Below, piece after piece: positions 60,398 to 64,000 of a stretch of DNA of 64,000 nucleotides. Within the stretch, counting starts at the first letter, position 1. Each line of letters opens with the position of its first letter. A program made the translations under genes and the position numbers. Below the pieces are notes generated by a model, which made no database searches, was not told the origin of the DNA, and was given only the letters and a program-made list of their open reading frames with translations. Origin of the DNA: Patescibacteria group bacterium (GTDB lineage: Bacteria > Patescibacteriota > Patescibacteriia > 2-12-FULL-60-25); the NCBI GenBank assembly GCA_028688515.1, contig JAQTXZ010000002.1:25791-89790 (forward strand), given 5' to 3'.

Positions 60398-61552
60398 CTA
60401 TTTTTGCAGTTGTTTAACTAATAATCGCGGAAATGTTTGACGATAAAGTTTTTCATTTACAATGTAATAAGTTTTGTTTTTAAGTGGTTCACTAATTTTT
60501 AAAACTGCACCATCATTTAATTTAGTTACCTTACTTTTTTCATTATTTTCTCCGACCTGTATTTGTTCAGGATAGGTTTTGGTAGCAGCACCGAACCAGG
60601 TTTTAGTTAAACCCAGAATTTCAAATTGATCAGGATTGTACTTATCTAGAAACGAAACAGGAACCCCCATAACACCATTGTAATTGCTAGGGATAGCGTC
60701 GACAAAAGGAACTTCAATTGCGTTAAAATTATCATATTTTTCGTACGCTTGTTTTCCTTGCAGTTTTTTGTTGAATTTTTTGTTATCACTCATAGACATC
60801 AGACTCATGGGTTGATGGCGACGACCGTGATCAAGATTAGTGAACCAACCCACGTTTCCAAACGACTGAGTTGAGCCATCGGGTTTATTAAATACTTTGA
60901 CTTTACTATATCCAAACCATATTTTATTGTCCTTAACCAACGGAAAGATTTCTTTTAGAGTAATAGAGTTTTGATTACCTATAATAAGAAAATTCCTTTT
61001 ATATTCTACTAGCTGTGCCACGTACTCACGAAATAAACTAAATGGTGGATTAGTCACCACAATATCACTTTTCTTAAGAAGTTCTATACATTCGTCACTA
61101 CGAAAATCACCGTCGCCGTCAAGAGGAGTCCATTCGTTATTTTTATTCGCTCGAAGTTGTTGTGCAATATCTTCTAGTGTAAAGGACCCGTCGCCGTCTA
61201 TATCGCCAACTTCGTTGATAATAAATTTGTTAGCAGTGATTTTAGGTCTCCCCTTTGATTTGGTAAGAGTTTTGTCATCGCCAAATAATCCCAGTTGTGT
61301 ATTGGCTACGGGTGAGGGTTTGTAACTCGTTGAAATAAGTTTTTTTAGGCCCAAACGATCAAAGTTTAATACAAAATAACGAAAGAAATTGCTTTCGTAT
61401 GGGTCGTCGCAGTTGCTGTAAATTACCTTATTTTTAAAAGTATTTGGGTTATACTCAAGATAAGATTCAATTTCTTTCTGAATATCTGAAAATTGCGTAT
61501 AGAATTCATCATTTTTTGCTTTTTTTGCTTTTGTGAGGTTTTTGTTTGCCAT
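60398..61552 (-). CDS. N6-adenine DNA methyltransferase, EcoRI-methylase-like family
   Basis: NDEFYTQ N-terminal motif and TNPPFS (NPPF) catalytic motif. ATG at 61552 (the TTG at 61573 is an alternative). The stop is 2 nt from the DUF262-HNH start. Confidence 0.8.
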   Translation of the reverse strand: MANKNLTKAKKAKNDEFYTQFSDIQKEIESYLEYNPNTFKNKVIYSNCDDPYESNFFRYFVLNFDRLGLKKLISTSYKPSPVANTQLGLFGDDKTLTKSKGRPKITANKFIINEVGDIDGDGSFTLEDIAQQLRANKNNEWTPLDGDGDFRSDECIELLKKSDIVVTNPPFSLFREYVAQLVEYKRNFLIIGNQNSITLKEIFPLVKDNKIWFGYSKVKVFNKPDGSTQSFGNVGWFTNLDHGRRHQPMSLMSMSDNKKFNKKLQGKQAYEKYDNFNAIEVPFVDAIPSNYNGVMGVPVSFLDKYNPDQFEILGLTKTWFGAATKTYPEQIQVGENNEKSKVTKLNDGAVLKISEPLKNKTYYIVNEKLYRQTFPRLLVKQLQK

Positions 61553-61863
61553 ACATTCAATATATTCCTCCAATTACATTAATAAATCAAGATATTAATA
61601 TAAAATTAGATTTTCGTAGAAACTCCTTATAACCCCCTCTAAAATTAAATCCCAACATTATGAAAAGAAAAAGAAATTTGAAAATTTTACTAAATGGCTT
61701 TGTTCGTAGCTAAGAAAAAAGAAAAGGAATATTTCAGCTAACTCTTTTTTATACGAAAACACTTCGTATAGCTATCCACATCTTGCCACTTAGGCGAAAA
61801 AATGTATAGAATGGATTAGGTGTGAAGAGTTGACGGCCTCACTAATTATTAAAGTGAGGTTTT

Positions 61864-62679
61864 ATGTTAGATGAACAATTGAAGCGGACGTCGGACGAGA
61901 TGGTTTTGCGTAATTACAGTCAAAAAACGGTTAAGGCGTATGTTGGTTGTATTGAGGATTATCTAAGTCAGAATCAAGCGGACTTATATTGGTGTGATAT
62001 CGAGGCGATCCGTCAATTTTTGCTGGAGAAGCAGTCAAGAGGGTTGGCGCCGCAGACTATCAATCTATATCTAAACGCCATAAAGTTTTATTATCGTGAT
62101 GTTTTGCATTTAGGCGACACGATCAATCTAAAATTCGCTAAACGCTCGAAGAAGCTACCGGTTGTTCTGTCGAAAAGCGAAGTTTTACGAATCATTGACG
62201 CTGTCAGCAATCCAAAACATAAAGCGATGATCGCTTTGGCATACGGTGCCGGCCTTCGTGTTAGCGAGGTCGTTAAATTGCGGATCGGGGACTTGAATTT
62301 GGAGGAGTTGACCATCCATCTCAAGCAAGCAAAGGGAAACAAAGATCGGATTACCATCTTGTCTGCATCTATAGTAAATGATTTAAGACGGTTGATGACT
62401 GGAAGGTTGGTCGGCGATTTTGTGTTTGCCAGTGAACGCGGAGGGAGATTGACGGAGAGGACGGCGCAAAAGATTTTTGAACATGCCCTTAAAGCCGCCC
62501 GAATCGGTCGGGGAGCGACATTTCATTCGTTGAGGCACAGCTTCGCGACTCATCTTTTGGAAAATGGAGTTGATGTCAGGTACGTTCAGGAACTTCTTGG
62601 TCACCAGAATATTCGGACTACGCAGATTTATACGCACATAACCAATCCGGCGATGCGGCGGATTGTAAGTCCGCTATGA
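61864..62679 (+). CDS. tyrosine recombinase, IntI-like but without the IntI-specific insertion
   Basis: N-terminal SAM-like YSQKTVKAYVGCIEDYL. Catalytic contexts AGLRVSE (R), HSLRHSFATH (H-x-x-R) and LLGHQNIRTTQIYTH (H...Y). C-terminal ...RRIVSPL resembles IntI1 ...GVRSPL. Confidence 0.9.
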   Translation: MLDEQLKRTSDEMVLRNYSQKTVKAYVGCIEDYLSQNQADLYWCDIEAIRQFLLEKQSRGLAPQTINLYLNAIKFYYRDVLHLGDTINLKFAKRSKKLPVVLSKSEVLRIIDAVSNPKHKAMIALAYGAGLRVSEVVKLRIGDLNLEELTIHLKQAKGNKDRITILSASIVNDLRRLMTGRLVGDFVFASERGGRLTERTAQKIFEHALKAARIGRGATFHSLRHSFATHLLENGVDVRYVQELLGHQNIRTTQIYTHITNPAMRRIVSPL

Positions 62680-64000
62680 AGTTTACAGATTTCGCTGCCA
62701 AGCAAAAACCCGCAGTTATAATGCTTTCATTCTTGTCCGGCATCGCTATCCATTCCTTTTTCCCGCTGACGCCGGTTCCGACATTTGTTTGGTGGGGGAT
62801 TGCAGGTTTGATGTTGGTCGGTCTCATATTCAGAAAGCCCCTCTCCTGCTCGTGTGGGAGAGGGGTTGGGGTGAGGGCGCAGCGGTGGGACAGCGATGAT
62901 GTTGTTAAACAAGGGATTCCTCGACTGCGTGCCTTTAGTTTGGGCACTACGCTCGGAATGACAATGAGTTTTTTAGTGATAGGTCTCCTCCGTTTCGACA
63001 TCGCAATTCCTCGCGCGATCGACATCAAAGAGTCGCAAACTTTTGTCGGCGTTCTGACCGACGTCAACGACGGACTCTTCGGCAAACAGGGCACTATTGC
63101 CATTCAACCCCCCTTTTCCAAAGGGGGCAGGGGGAATCAACTTATAACAATTAACCTCAAAACCTCCCTCCCTCTCGGTTCCGCTATTAGCTTCTCGTGT
63201 GCATTAAAACCGGTTGCGCAAAAACCTGACGAGCTTGATCGACGGTTTGCGTATCGTCTGCATTTTTCTCAAGCAACCTGCTCGCCGAAAGATTTGACCG
63301 TTATCAAGCCGCCTGCGTGGTGGGATGTGCGGCAAAGTTTTGTCGAGCTGCGCGCGTGGACGAACTTGCGCATCAAATCCATATTGCCCGGCGACGAAGG
63401 TGCATTGATTGCGGGGATGCTTTACGGCGAACGTGGCATGTCGCAACAATCGAATAATCTTTTTCGCAACGCAGGTCTCACTCACTTGATCGCCGTCTCC
63501 GGTTCAAACATCACGATCGTCGCGTCGATCGTTTTTGCAATTTTGCTCGGCATTGGGCTTTGGCGCAGACAGGCGTTTTGGGTTACGACCGTGACGCTGC
63601 TCGCGTATGTGACGTTTACCGGCTTTTCTGCTTCGGTCGCGCGCGCGGCCGTGATGGGTTGGCTGGTTTTGTTTGCGCGCTACATCGGGCGTCGTCCAAA
63701 AACTTGGCATGTGCTGCTCGTGTCCGCATTTGCATTGTGTCTGCTGGACCCGTGGATGCTGGCATTCGACGCGGGATTTGCGCTTTCATTTTTGGCGACA
63801 ATCGGTCTCATGAGCTGGTCGCCGATATTCAGTCGTCTCTTAAAGTTTTTACCCGAGATTGGCGGTCTGCGTGAGGCTGCAGCGACGACAATCTCTGCGA
63901 CATTGATGACGACTCCTTACATGGCTTTTGCTTTTGAAAAGATATCGCTCGCCGGACTTGTCACGAACTTGATCGCTGTTCCTCTCGTGCCTTGGGCCAT
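62676..64000 (+). CDS. comEC: DNA internalization competence protein ComEC/Rec2 (3'-truncated by window edge)
   Basis: Frame is open from ATG 62676 to the window end (absent from the ORF track because there is no stop). GLTHLIAVSGSNITIV and SASVARAAVMG competence-domain motifs. ATGA overlap with the recombinase stop. Confidence 0.85.
   Translation, partial: MKFTDFAAKQKPAVIMLSFLSGIAIHSFFPLTPVPTFVWWGIAGLMLVGLIFRKPLSCSCGRGVGVRAQRWDSDDVVKQGIPRLRAFSLGTTLGMTMSFLVIGLLRFDIAIPRAIDIKESQTFVGVLTDVNDGLFGKQGTIAIQPPFSKGGRGNQLITINLKTSLPLGSAISFSCALKPVAQKPDELDRRFAYRLHFSQATCSPKDLTVIKPPAWWDVRQSFVELRAWTNLRIKSILPGDEGALIAGMLYGERGMSQQSNNLFRNAGLTHLIAVSGSNITIVASIVFAILLGIGLWRRQAFWVTTVTLLAYVTFTGFSASVARAAVMGWLVLFARYIGRRPKTWHVLLVSAFALCLLDPWMLAFDAGFALSFLATIGLMSWSPIFSRLLKFLPEIGGLREAAATTISATLMTTPYMAFAFEKISLAGLVTNLIAVPLVPWA

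Larger units (their letters stand above)
49930..62679. mobile_element. integron-like element: cassette array (49930-61742), attI-like spacer (61743-61863), IntI-like tyrosine recombinase (61864-62679)
   Basis: Seven attC-like sites with the same R''/L''/L'/R' layout and chained core complementarity. Cassette ORFs lie on the minus strand, divergent from the recombinase. Confidence 0.75.

Noticed and set aside
61864-62679. Calling the recombinase a canonical integron integrase (intI).
   Set aside because: The region where IntI proteins carry their diagnostic additional segment is Xer-like in length here. The protein is therefore annotated only as IntI-like, pending an HMM test and phylogeny.
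62618-63103. Minus-strand ORFs (62618..63103, 63204..63485, 63504..63710) opposite the comEC frame.
   Set aside because: The plus-strand frame from 62676 is open to the window edge and carries clear ComEC competence-domain motifs. It is missing from the ORF track only because it has no stop in the window.

Overview
This 64-kb bacterial chromosomal window has a strongly mosaic composition.

**Backbone.** An AT-rich backbone, largely without Shine-Dalgarno (SD) sites, carries housekeeping genes: ruvB, efp, leuS, a UDP-glucose dehydrogenase, trxB, comEC, a SpoIID-like protein, Wzx/Wzy-like envelope genes, a P-type ATPase, CaCA and BASS transporters, an RRM protein and four tRNAs. Several families of short palindromic or tandem repeats are scattered through it. 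Some of them sit in frame inside conserved genes.

**GC-rich blocks.** Visibly GC-rich blocks with strong SD sites are interspersed at about 1-5.5 kb, 9.25-10.5 kb, 24.7-26.8 kb, 27.8-28.4 kb, 28.6-33.25 kb, 37.4-37.95 kb, 40.2-41.5 kb and 47.7-48.1 kb. One block is a 4.6-kb island bounded by an exact 24-bp duplication of the tRNA-Gly 3' end.

**Main finding (49.9-62.7 kb).** This region is an integron-like array of at least 7 gene cassettes on the minus strand.
- The cassettes are separated by attC-like imperfect palindromes whose core boxes are complementary from one site to the next.
- The array abuts a divergently transcribed IntI-like tyrosine recombinase. That recombinase lacks the IntI-specific insertion, and its stop codon overlaps the comEC start codon.
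- The recombinase-proximal cassette is a 6.3-kb multigene defence island. It encodes an EcoRI-family-like m6A methyltransferase, a DUF262-HNH nuclease, and an AAA+ ATPase-HTH plus S8 subtilase pair resembling IetAS.

All functional calls come from motifs read by eye. No database search was run.
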